Shown here piece after piece: positions 1 through 8,875 of a stretch of 64,000 nt of DNA. The stretch covers positions 4,137,582-4,201,581 of the forward strand of contig CP121314.1 of assembly GCA_043557195.1 (NCBI GenBank), in the 5' to 3' direction. The DNA comes from Flavobacteriaceae bacterium. Lineage in GTDB: Bacteria; Bacteroidota; Bacteroidia; Flavobacteriales; Flavobacteriaceae. Position 1 is the first letter of the stretch, and each line of letters starts with the position of its first letter. Made by a program: the position numbers and the translations under genes. The notes below the pieces were generated by a model, which worked only from the letters and a program-made list of their open reading frames with translations, was not told the origin of the DNA and did not search any database.

Positions 1-822
1 GGTGCATTTATCGAAGTTGCTGATGGTGTTGAAGGACTAATTCACGTTTCTGAAATGTCTTGGTCTACACATTTACGTTCGGCTCAAGATTTCGTTTCTG
101 TAGGAGACGAGGTAGAAGCTCAAATCTTAACTTTAGATAGAGAAGATCGTAAAATGTCTCTTGGTATTAAGCAATTAACGCCAGATCCATGGACAGATAT
201 TACATCTAAATACCCATTAGGCTCTAAGCACACTGGTATTGTACGTAACTTTACAAACTTTGGTGTTTTTGTTGAATTAGAAGAAGGTATCGACGGGTTA
301 ATTTATATCTCTGATTTATCTTGGACTAAGAAAATTAAGCACCCATCTGAGTTTTGTGCAGTTGGAGACAAGCTTGATGTTATTGTTCTTGAGTTGGATG
401 TTGAAGGTCGTAAATTAAGTTTAGGACACAAACAAACTACTGATAACCCTTGGGATAAGTACGAAACTGAATTTGCTTTAAATACAACACACACCGCTGC
501 AATCTCTGAAATAGTTGACAAAGGTGCTACAATAGAATTTAACGAAGATATCGTTGCTTTTGTACCACAACGTCACTTAGAGAAAGAAGATGGTAGCAAA
601 TTGAAGAAAGGTGAAGAAGCAGAATTCAAGATTATTGAATTTAACAAAGAGTTTAAACGTGTTGTAGCATCTCATGCTGCGATTCATAAAGCTGAAGAAG
701 CTGCAAACGTAAAAGCTGCTGCTAAAAAGCAAGCTTCACAAGCTGCAGAAGCAAAACCAACTTTAGGTGATGCTAACGATGCTTTACAAGCTCTTAAAGA
801 TAAAATGGACGGGAAGAAATAA
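1..822 (+). CDS. rpsA: 30S ribosomal protein S1, C-terminal part (5' end lies outside the window)
   Basis: The frame is open from base 1 (GAFIEVADGVEGLIHVSEMSW...). Repeated S1/OB-fold motifs (G.V..F..FG.FV.L..G..GL.H.S) and an alanine/lysine-rich tail are present. Confidence 0.9.
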   Translation, partial: GAFIEVADGVEGLIHVSEMSWSTHLRSAQDFVSVGDEVEAQILTLDREDRKMSLGIKQLTPDPWTDITSKYPLGSKHTGIVRNFTNFGVFVELEEGIDGLIYISDLSWTKKIKHPSEFCAVGDKLDVIVLELDVEGRKLSLGHKQTTDNPWDKYETEFALNTTHTAAISEIVDKGATIEFNEDIVAFVPQRHLEKEDGSKLKKGEEAEFKIIEFNKEFKRVVASHAAIHKAEEAANVKAAAKKQASQAAEAKPTLGDANDALQALKDKMDGKK

Positions 823-844
823 TTTTCTGTTGATTTAGATATTT

Positions 845-873
845 AAAAAGCGACCAAATTGGTCGCTTTTTTT
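845..873 (+). terminator. Rho-independent terminator after rpsA
   Basis: AGCGACC-aaatt-GGTCGCT hairpin followed by a T run, 25 nt after the stop codon. Confidence 0.75.
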
Positions 874-925
874 ATATGTCACTTCAAGTGATTCTGATTT
901 TTCTTCAGAATTATATCGAGAAGTT

Positions 926-1013
926 GGGCGTTACCCACAAGGGGTCGGGCTTTACGTTGCAAGTCCTCGCTCCGTGCCTCTGCTGTGGGCTTTCCACTGC
1001 AATCCCTAACGCG
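926..1013 (+). repeat. Intergenic repeat element, copy A (GGGCGTTACCC...GGGTCGGGCTTT...CAATCCCTAACGCG)
   Basis: Shares its terminal and internal blocks with copies at 6878-6992 (inverted) and 27279-27367. It is much more GC-rich than its surroundings. Confidence 0.7.
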
Positions 1014-1112
1014 AGTCAATCTGCTAGCATAAGTGTTAATTCTTAGATTGGATTTTATTTTGTTCGTTTAACGTTTAAAATAAAATGCATTTTACATAGT
1101 GCTGTAGTACGT

Positions 1113-1748
1113 TTAATTTAAATATTTTTCAATCTGTTCTTTATCCTTCAAATCAATCAGTTCAAGAGAGTTCCAGTCCATTAGTAGTAAACTCCATTTA
1201 TTGCCAATATCATTTAGAGCTTGTGCAAATTTTTCATCTTCAACATTGGGAGATCCAGCTATCCAAATCCCAGTCACAGTGTCAGATTCAAAATCAAAGA
1301 ATATTCCATTATAGTTTTTTCCGTACCCATATGTGTTGTCACTTTTCATTTCTCCTGGTCGAATTCCTGTTGAAACGTCAGTATATTTTTTAATAGGCAA
1401 CTCTGATAAAATCAAATCAAGTTCTTTTGGTTCAATTCCTCGTTGTTTTAATTTAAATCCATTTTCTTCTCTGACCATAATGTCTGTAAAACCTCCTCCA
1501 TCAAAATGCTTTTCGGCAAAGTATTGAACATTTTCAGCTTGTTTTATCAATTCGTTGAAATTCTCAGAAGGAACAATTTCTACTTGTCGATAATCATCCT
1601 CGTGATAAAAAATGGAATTAGCTATTTCAATTTGGTCTTGTTCAGGTTCTCTCTGTACTTGAGAACTTGAGTGCTTTGTATTTCTCTGTGAAACGATTAA
1701 AATGATTGCTCCAATTAAGATTACTGTTATGATTATTCCGATTTTCAT
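1113..1748 (-). CDS. Hypothetical protein with N-terminal transmembrane anchor
   Basis: 211-aa ORF with a hydrophobic N-terminus (MKIGIIITVILIGAIILIV). I recognised no family motif. Confidence 0.55.
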   Translation of the reverse strand: MKIGIIITVILIGAIILIVSQRNTKHSSSQVQREPEQDQIEIANSIFYHEDDYRQVEIVPSENFNELIKQAENVQYFAEKHFDGGGFTDIMVREENGFKLKQRGIEPKELDLILSELPIKKYTDVSTGIRPGEMKSDNTYGYGKNYNGIFFDFESDTVTGIWIAGSPNVEDEKFAQALNDIGNKWSLLLMDWNSLELIDLKDKEQIEKYLN

Positions 1749-1913
1749 TCTTTATGTGCTACAACTACCACGGATATACGGTGTTTTAATGAATTATATC
1801 AACGATTAACGAATTTCAACTTTTTTTCTGATAAAAGCAATAATAGAATTGTTAACTATTTCCTTTACTAATAGATTCTTGACTTTTCAGGAATCTCAGA
1901 AAATAAAGAATAC

Positions 1914-2231
1914 TTAAGAAATATAATTCCAAATATTCTTATACTTAGCCAATTGGCTATAGGTATTCAAAATCAATTGGTTTTCAGTAGCTTTTAAGGA
2001 AGGATCAGAAGTCAACACCTTTTTAGCGTAAAATCTCGCCAGCTGAAGAATGGCTTTATCTTTTACAATATCAGCTATTCGTAAGTTTAAAACACCTCTT
2101 TGTTGTGTACCCATAATATCTCCAGGGCCACGGAGTTTTAAATCCACGTCAGCAATTTCAAAACCATTATTGGAGCGTACCATGGTTTCTAAACGGGTTT
2201 TGCTGTCATTACTCAATTTATGGCTTGTCAT
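1914..2231 (-). pseudogene. Displaced duplicate of the recG 3' end (last 105 codons only)
   Basis: The translation MTSHKLSNDSKTRLETMVR...KNIWNYIS aligns colinearly with the C-terminus of RecG (4712-5029). I counted about 14 differences in 105 residues. No helicase core lies upstream. Confidence 0.85.
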
Positions 2232-2252
2232 TATAAAATCCATTTCTATGTA

Positions 2253-4484
2253 CTAATCTATTAAATCCAATAGCGCAGCTAATTCTTTACCATAATCTAT
2301 AAATGCAATGGTTTCATCTGTCCTAGCCAATTTAATTTTATCAAAAATGATTAATGCTTCGCCATTGCTTTCTAAATGATAAATCTGGTGATTTTCGAAA
2401 AAGCGAATGACTTCATCTGTAAAAAATGACCGAATTTCAGATTCCTTATTTCCCATAATCAGAAATTTTTTGGAAAAATCTGGATACATCTCAAAATCAA
2501 TATCTTTATAGCCCGTATATGCCATTACTCGGTCAAATAATTTTTCCAATACCCCTTCTTTTTCCATTGTGAAAACGGGTATTTTTTTATTCAACTTTAA
2601 GACCATTAGAGTGGTGTTAAAGGTCTCTGCCGCAAAAGCCGCACCTTCACTAAAAGTTATATCTGAAATTTCCCAAGACACGTTTGAATCTTTAAATGTT
2701 CCTTTGAGACAATTGTATTTACGTTCAATAGGTCTAATTTCAAAAAAGTGGAACTTTTTTAGATAAATCGTGTTCCAATCAGCTTGACTCTTATATTGAT
2801 AGTCTTTCTCGGTTGCTAAATTTCGTAATCTTTTTTGTCTTTGCGATAGTTTTTTAGCTGCAGAACCAGACAAGCTAATTTTTAAAGCTCTATTGTGCGT
2901 AGATGATGAAACATGCGAATCCAAGCCTGTTATAAAAACATTTCCGCCAGTAGCCCTTTGCGTTTTTAAATATTCCACTAGGTAATCCATATAGGTTATG
3001 CCGACTAATCTTGTTTCTGATAAATCAATATTGACATCTGCCCCTGAAGGAATTTGAGTCACTAGTTTATCTACTTTTATAATGCCTAAAAAATTCGCTA
3101 TTCCTCTAATTTTTAAATCGAAACTACCATCTGGCTTACTAATTAATTTTGTGCGGGACTTATAAACCATTTTAAAAAATTGAGGGATGGATAGCCTTGC
3201 CAATAACATGTGAATAATAAGTGCTAATAATAATCCACCAAGTAATCCTATTAATAAATTGGTGTAAATGGTTAAAACCATAGTGCCAACAAAGAATATT
3301 AATTGTTCAACACCTTGATTATAAATCTGTTTAAAAACGGCAGGCGAAGCTAATTTGAACCCAGTATAAACAAGTAAAATTGCAAAAGCGCATAGCGGTA
3401 CTTGTCTCATTATTGGGCTTAAGAGCACAATAAAAACTAACAATAAAAGTCCTTGATACATGTTGGACCACTTTGTCTTCGCGCCATTATGAATATTGAC
3501 CGTACTTCTAATAATCACAGCAATAATTGGCAGACCTCCAATTAGGCCAGCTACCATCGTACTCAATCCAATACCTGTCAAATCTTTATTTAAATCTGTC
3601 TTTCGCTTATAGGGATCAATTTTGTCAACGGCTTTGGCAATGGCCAGTGATTCAATACTTGTTATGATTAAAATAGATATTACTGTTGTCCAGAATTCAA
3701 TGGTATTAATTTTACTAAAATTAGGATGCATTATTGAATCCATAATGTTATTAGGAATATCTAACAATAAATTAGGTCCTACTTCATATGACATTCCAAA
3801 GAATGAAAGCGTATGCTGGTCGAAGAAATTGAAAACATAAACAAACGGAATGGAAAGGGCTATGACCCACATTGGCGCAGGCAAAATATGAAAAAACCGG
3901 TTACTAATTTTTGAATGAAATAATAATAAAAGTAAGCCCGCTAGAGCGATAATAACCACAAAAGGATTAGCTTTGGGTAAGTATACAATTGCATCAATAA
4001 GGTTTTGTATAATACTTGGACTATCAGAATGCGTACCCATGGCAACATGGATTTGTTTTGCAAAAATGATAATTCCTATGGCTGCCAAAAGGCCATGAAT
4101 TACAGAAGAATGGAAGATATCAGCTAATCGTCCTAATTTTAATAATCCCAATACCACTTGAATGGCGCCTGACACAACCACTGCCGCCAATACGTAATTA
4201 AAGGCTTGCCCTGAACCATCATCCATCAATGCAATTCCCAAAAGTATGACAGCAATAACTCCTTTGGCAGGTCCGTTGACCGATATATGGCCACCACGAT
4301 AAAGGGTTGTTACAACGCCACCCACAATTGCCGAAATAATACCTGACATCGCAGGTGCGCCCGCTGCCAAAGCAATACCTAAAGAAAGAGGTAACGCAAT
4401 GAGTGAGACACTCACCGCTGCGATTAAATCACTTTGCCAATTTTCAATTAATCCCTTAAAACCTTTCTTTGGTGTAATTTCCAT
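2253..4484 (-). CDS. SulP-family anion transporter (sulfate/bicarbonate permease type) with a STAS-like region and an extra C-terminal domain of about 200 aa
   Basis: Multi-pass membrane N-terminal 450 aa with SulP-like motifs (ALPLSLGIALAAGAP, SGIISAIVGG). A soluble tail follows, extending to 743 aa. Confidence 0.8.
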   Translation of the reverse strand: MEITPKKGFKGLIENWQSDLIAAVSVSLIALPLSLGIALAAGAPAMSGIISAIVGGVVTTLYRGGHISVNGPAKGVIAVILLGIALMDDGSGQAFNYVLAAVVVSGAIQVVLGLLKLGRLADIFHSSVIHGLLAAIGIIIFAKQIHVAMGTHSDSPSIIQNLIDAIVYLPKANPFVVIIALAGLLLLLFHSKISNRFFHILPAPMWVIALSIPFVYVFNFFDQHTLSFFGMSYEVGPNLLLDIPNNIMDSIMHPNFSKINTIEFWTTVISILIITSIESLAIAKAVDKIDPYKRKTDLNKDLTGIGLSTMVAGLIGGLPIIAVIIRSTVNIHNGAKTKWSNMYQGLLLLVFIVLLSPIMRQVPLCAFAILLVYTGFKLASPAVFKQIYNQGVEQLIFFVGTMVLTIYTNLLIGLLGGLLLALIIHMLLARLSIPQFFKMVYKSRTKLISKPDGSFDLKIRGIANFLGIIKVDKLVTQIPSGADVNIDLSETRLVGITYMDYLVEYLKTQRATGGNVFITGLDSHVSSSTHNRALKISLSGSAAKKLSQRQKRLRNLATEKDYQYKSQADWNTIYLKKFHFFEIRPIERKYNCLKGTFKDSNVSWEISDITFSEGAAFAAETFNTTLMVLKLNKKIPVFTMEKEGVLEKLFDRVMAYTGYKDIDFEMYPDFSKKFLIMGNKESEIRSFFTDEVIRFFENHQIYHLESNGEALIIFDKIKLARTDETIAFIDYGKELAALLDLID

Positions 4485-4711
4485 TAATTAACTATCAGTA
4501 TTTATACTTACAATATTCAATATGCTGTTAATTTACTTATTTTCAATAGGTAATGTTCTCAAAATGTGCCTAGTAGCTCCTTGTTTTTGCAAGAAAATTG
4601 CTGCCAGTGACTCGCGGATATGCGACGTTTTAATAACTTATATTCAATGTTAAGCCAATTTCGCTTTTTTTTCTGACATAATCAATTGCATAATACCTTT
4701 TAGTAGTTATA

Positions 4712-6814
4712 CTAACTTATATAATTCCAAATATTCTTGAATTTAACTAATTGAGAATACGTGTTTAAAATCACTTCATTATCAGGATTTCTAAGAGATG
4801 GATCTGAGTTTAAAACTTTTTTAGCATAGAATCTGGCTTGCTGTAAAATGGCTTTATCTTTTACAATATCAGCTATTCGTAAATTTAGCACACCACTTTG
4901 TTGCGTACCCATAATATCTCCAGGTCCGCGTAGTTTTAAATCTACTTCTGCAATTTCAAAACCATCGTTGGTACGCACCATAGTTTCTAATCGGGTTTTG
5001 CTATCATTACTCAATTTGTGACTAGTCATTAATATGCAATAACTCTGTTCTGCACCACGTCCTACACGTCCGCGTAATTGGTGCAACTGCGATAAGCCAA
5101 AACGTTCTGCACTTTCAATAATCATAACCGAAGCATTAGGCACATTTACACCAACTTCAATTACTGTAGTTGCTACCATAATGTGGGTTTTACCCTTTAT
5201 GAAGCGTTGCATTTCATAATCTTTATCAGCTGGTTTCATTTTACCATGAACAATAGAGATTTGGTATTCTGGTTTTGGAAAATCACGCTCTATACTGGCA
5301 TAACCGTCCATTAAATCCTTATAATCCAGAGCTTCACTTTCTTGAATCAATGGATATACAATGTAAATTTGTCTGCCTTTAGCTATTTCATCTCTAATAA
5401 ATCGAAATACATTTAGTCGATTAGAATCATACCGATGTACGGTTTTAATAGATTTTCGCCCCGGTGGCAATTCATCAATCACCGAAATGTCTAAATCGCC
5501 ATAAACTGACATGGCCAATGTCCGCGGTATAGGAGTAGCGGTCATCACAAGCACATTCGGAGGGAACTTATTTTTATGCCATAACTTACTTCTTTGTTTG
5601 ACTCCGAAGCGATGTTGTTCATCTATTATAGCAAGTCCTAAATTTGCGAATTTTACTTTGTCTTCTAATAAAGCATGAGTGCCTACTAAAATCTGTAATT
5701 GTCCATTTTCTAGGTTTGCATGAATTTCTTTTCGTATTGAAGTTTTAGTTGAACCTGTTAATAGTTTAATACTTATATTCAACATTCTACACCATTCTTC
5801 AAGCCCAGTAAAATGTTGTGTTGCTAAAATTTCAGTAGGTGCCATTAAGCAAGCTTGATAACCGTTATCAAGTGCCATGAGCATAGACATAAACGCCACT
5901 ATCGTTTTTCCAGAACCAACATCACCCTGTAACAATCGGTTCATTTGGGCATTACTTCCTAAATCGCCTCTAATCTCTTTTAAAACACGTTTTTGTGCAT
6001 TGGTTAATTCGAACGGCAAGTGGTCTTTAAAAAATGAGTTGAAATAATCGCCAACTGTTTCAAACTGAAAACCCTTAATTTTTGATTTGTGAATTAAGTT
6101 TTTAAGAATCAGCTGCAATTGAATATAGAACAGCTCCTCAAACTTCAACCTGTATTGTGCTTTTGCCAGTAACTCTTGTGTTTTTGGGAAATGTATATTT
6201 AATAAGGCTTCGGATTTATTGATCAACTTTAGTTCTGAAAGTATGGATGTCGATAGGGTTTCTACAAATCTCCCTTTAGTTTCTAAAAATAGCTGTTGTA
6301 CAATTTTACTAACTACACGATTACTAATACCTTTATTACTTAATTTCTCTGTAGAAGGGTAAATAGGCTGTATTCCTGAGCTCAAGCCTTTTTTATACTC
6401 ATCAATAGTTTCAATATCTGGATGTGGCATACTAAAGCGTCCACTAAACCAATTTGTTTTACCAAATATCACGTAAGGCGTATTGAGTTTTAAACTTTCT
6501 TTAATCCATTTTTGACCTCTAAACCACACCAATTCCATCGTTCCTGTATCGTCTTGAAATGTAGCTACTAAGCGTTTTCCACGTTTTTGCGCTACCTCTT
6601 TAAAGCCAGTGATTTTACCAACAACCTGTATTTCGGCACTATTTTGCTGAATTTCGTTTATTTTATAAAACCGCGTTCTGTCAATATATCTATTTGGGAA
6701 GAGGTTTAGCAGGTCCTGATAGGTGTGAATGTTAAGTTCCTTCCGTAGCAAATCTGCACGATTAGGACCAACACCTTTTAAATAGTCTATGGGAGTTTGT
6801 AGATTAACAGACAT
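4712..6814 (-). CDS. recG: ATP-dependent DNA helicase RecG
   Basis: 700 aa. Wedge/OB N-terminus, Walker A GDVGSGKT, DEQHRFG box, TATPIPRT, and QLHQLRGRVGRG motif VI. Confidence 0.95.
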   Translation of the reverse strand: MSVNLQTPIDYLKGVGPNRADLLRKELNIHTYQDLLNLFPNRYIDRTRFYKINEIQQNSAEIQVVGKITGFKEVAQKRGKRLVATFQDDTGTMELVWFRGQKWIKESLKLNTPYVIFGKTNWFSGRFSMPHPDIETIDEYKKGLSSGIQPIYPSTEKLSNKGISNRVVSKIVQQLFLETKGRFVETLSTSILSELKLINKSEALLNIHFPKTQELLAKAQYRLKFEELFYIQLQLILKNLIHKSKIKGFQFETVGDYFNSFFKDHLPFELTNAQKRVLKEIRGDLGSNAQMNRLLQGDVGSGKTIVAFMSMLMALDNGYQACLMAPTEILATQHFTGLEEWCRMLNISIKLLTGSTKTSIRKEIHANLENGQLQILVGTHALLEDKVKFANLGLAIIDEQHRFGVKQRSKLWHKNKFPPNVLVMTATPIPRTLAMSVYGDLDISVIDELPPGRKSIKTVHRYDSNRLNVFRFIRDEIAKGRQIYIVYPLIQESEALDYKDLMDGYASIERDFPKPEYQISIVHGKMKPADKDYEMQRFIKGKTHIMVATTVIEVGVNVPNASVMIIESAERFGLSQLHQLRGRVGRGAEQSYCILMTSHKLSNDSKTRLETMVRTNDGFEIAEVDLKLRGPGDIMGTQQSGVLNLRIADIVKDKAILQQARFYAKKVLNSDPSLRNPDNEVILNTYSQLVKFKNIWNYIS

Positions 6815-6877
6815 AGAGCGAATTTAAGCAAATGTGCTGTAAGTTGGAAGTTTAAAACTGGCTTTGGCGGATATGCA

Positions 6878-6992
6878 CGCGTTAGGGATTGAACGGCATG
6901 TTGGAGCTCCTTGCAGAGAGCGACTAGTGAAAGCCCGACCCAAGCACGTTAACTTGGTGAAATAGATGAAAATATCTTCTTGGGTAACGCCC
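6878..6992 (-). repeat. Intergenic repeat element, copy B (inverted orientation)
   Basis: The reverse complement reads GGGCGTTACCC...GGGTCGGGCTTTCAC...CAATCCCTAACGCG. Confidence 0.7.
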
Positions 6993-7090
6993 ATATAGAT
7001 ATTTTAAACTCTAATTATTTGCACTTTTACATCGGTATTTCTTAATAATGGTTAAATTTGGGCTTCTTTAAAAACAAACGCATTTAGTTG

Positions 7091-8779
7091 ATGAGAAAGC
7101 TTAACGAATTTATTTGGGAAACACATGGTATTCATGCTGGTACTGAACAAGATCATGTAAAACATGGTATCGATAAATTAGAAGATATTATTGATAAGGC
7201 TATTGAAGCTGGCAACCCAAGTATAACGTTTATTATACACTCACCAAGACTAACGAGTTTTAGATACATTGCAGAACGTGAGACGAATGTGAAGTTTATT
7301 CGTGGTAACCGTTCGTATTTAAATTACCCAAAGCGTATTGCAAATTTACGTCAGAAATACGACGGCAAAATCAATATCAAATACGGTGTGGAGTTAGAGT
7401 GGATGGGGCCAGATCTTGGTTTACAGTGGAGTCGTTCTAAGATTTTTCAGGCTGAGGATGCCGATTATGTGATTGGATCGGTACATTTTGCTCCTGAAGG
7501 TTTGCCTTACGATGGCTCTAAAGAAGAAGCACAGGAATTACTGAAGCTAAGAGGTAGTTTGGAAAATTATTGGGATGGGTATTTCAATGAAATGATTCAA
7601 ATGATTGAAAGTTTTGGTGATATGATTCAAATTATTGGTCATATTGATTTGCCAAAACTGAATGTAGATATGCCTGAGGCTTTAATTAATTTTGAAACGA
7701 GTTCTCATCCATTAGCAAATAAATTCCGTACGCTTTTAGAATTAATTGCGGATAGAAATTTGTCGCTAGATGTGAATATGGCTGGTGAGTTTAAAGGTGT
7801 AGGTGTATATCCAACTCAAAGTATTTTGAGATATGCCAACGAACTGCAAATACCTGTTTGTGTGGGTACTGATACGCATCATGTAAAGTACTATGGTCTC
7901 AATTACAAAGAAAGTTTAGAGTATATCCAAAAAGCAGGTTATGAGAGTTATGTAAGTTACTCTAAGCTTATTCCTGAGAATAGAACGATTTACGACGATC
8001 ATGATTTAAAAGTAAAATATACAGTTTTAAATAAGGGTATTGAGTTGCTAAATCAGCGTTTAGATGATACGCAGCGTCGTATTATCCCAGACTTTTCTTT
8101 TGGTGGTTCTTTTTCTGAATTTGTGGATTTGTATAGAAGTGCCACCAGTATGGGCGAATACAATGCTATAAGAATCAGAAAATTTGGAAAATCTATTACA
8201 GTTACCAATGAAATTCCAAAGAATACGCAACGTATTGTTAATGGTTTATTTTCTGAGCATCTGGATGAACCTGGAGTAATTTCTTCGCTGTTTAACACCT
8301 TAGCATCAGAAGGTATAAATGTAGAAACTGCACGTTTAAAATCTAATAATGATGGAACAGCAGTCGCATTTTTGTCAATTGATACTGATAACGGTAATGT
8401 CGCAAGTGCCATAGAATTTTTAAGAGGTACCGATGGAAGTCTTTTTAAAGATTTAACCTATAAAGAAAATGAAGTGCTACCCAACTATTACAGTAAAGGC
8501 GTTTACTTGTTGGAAATGGATGGTGTAAAATTAAACTTGGCTCTAAGTGAAAAAGTAATTCTAACCAAGCATCATAATGCGCCAGGAGTTTTATTGATAC
8601 TCTTATCAGCTTTAGCTTCTAAAAATATAAACATTAAAGACTTACGCCTTGGCAAGTTGAATAATAAAGGATATTCTGCTATTGCCGTAAATGGTGATAG
8701 TAATATTATCAGAAATCTTTTAACCAAGTTAGGTGATCAGTATTATGAAGCTAATTTGATTGAGTTTCATAGTTTTTAA
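7091..8779 (+). CDS. PHP-family (histidinol-phosphatase-like) hydrolase fused to C-terminal ACT-like domains
   Basis: N-terminal PHP-like metal-binding pattern (HAG...H, GSVHF, GHIDL, GTDTHH). The C-terminal 180 aa look like tandem ACT folds (GVISSLFNTLASEGINV, GVLLILLSALASKNINI). ATG at 7091 is preferred over TTG at 7088. Confidence 0.65.
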   Translation: MRKLNEFIWETHGIHAGTEQDHVKHGIDKLEDIIDKAIEAGNPSITFIIHSPRLTSFRYIAERETNVKFIRGNRSYLNYPKRIANLRQKYDGKINIKYGVELEWMGPDLGLQWSRSKIFQAEDADYVIGSVHFAPEGLPYDGSKEEAQELLKLRGSLENYWDGYFNEMIQMIESFGDMIQIIGHIDLPKLNVDMPEALINFETSSHPLANKFRTLLELIADRNLSLDVNMAGEFKGVGVYPTQSILRYANELQIPVCVGTDTHHVKYYGLNYKESLEYIQKAGYESYVSYSKLIPENRTIYDDHDLKVKYTVLNKGIELLNQRLDDTQRRIIPDFSFGGSFSEFVDLYRSATSMGEYNAIRIRKFGKSITVTNEIPKNTQRIVNGLFSEHLDEPGVISSLFNTLASEGINVETARLKSNNDGTAVAFLSIDTDNGNVASAIEFLRGTDGSLFKDLTYKENEVLPNYYSKGVYLLEMDGVKLNLALSEKVILTKHHNAPGVLLILLSALASKNINIKDLRLGKLNNKGYSAIAVNGDSNIIRNLLTKLGDQYYEANLIEFHSF

Positions 8780-8875
8780 CTGAAAAAACTTCTTAGTAAA
8801 ACTTATAAAATTAGATTCTTGATTTCTCGGGAATCTAATTTTGTTTTTGAAGCAATCTTTGATAGCTTTATCCGT

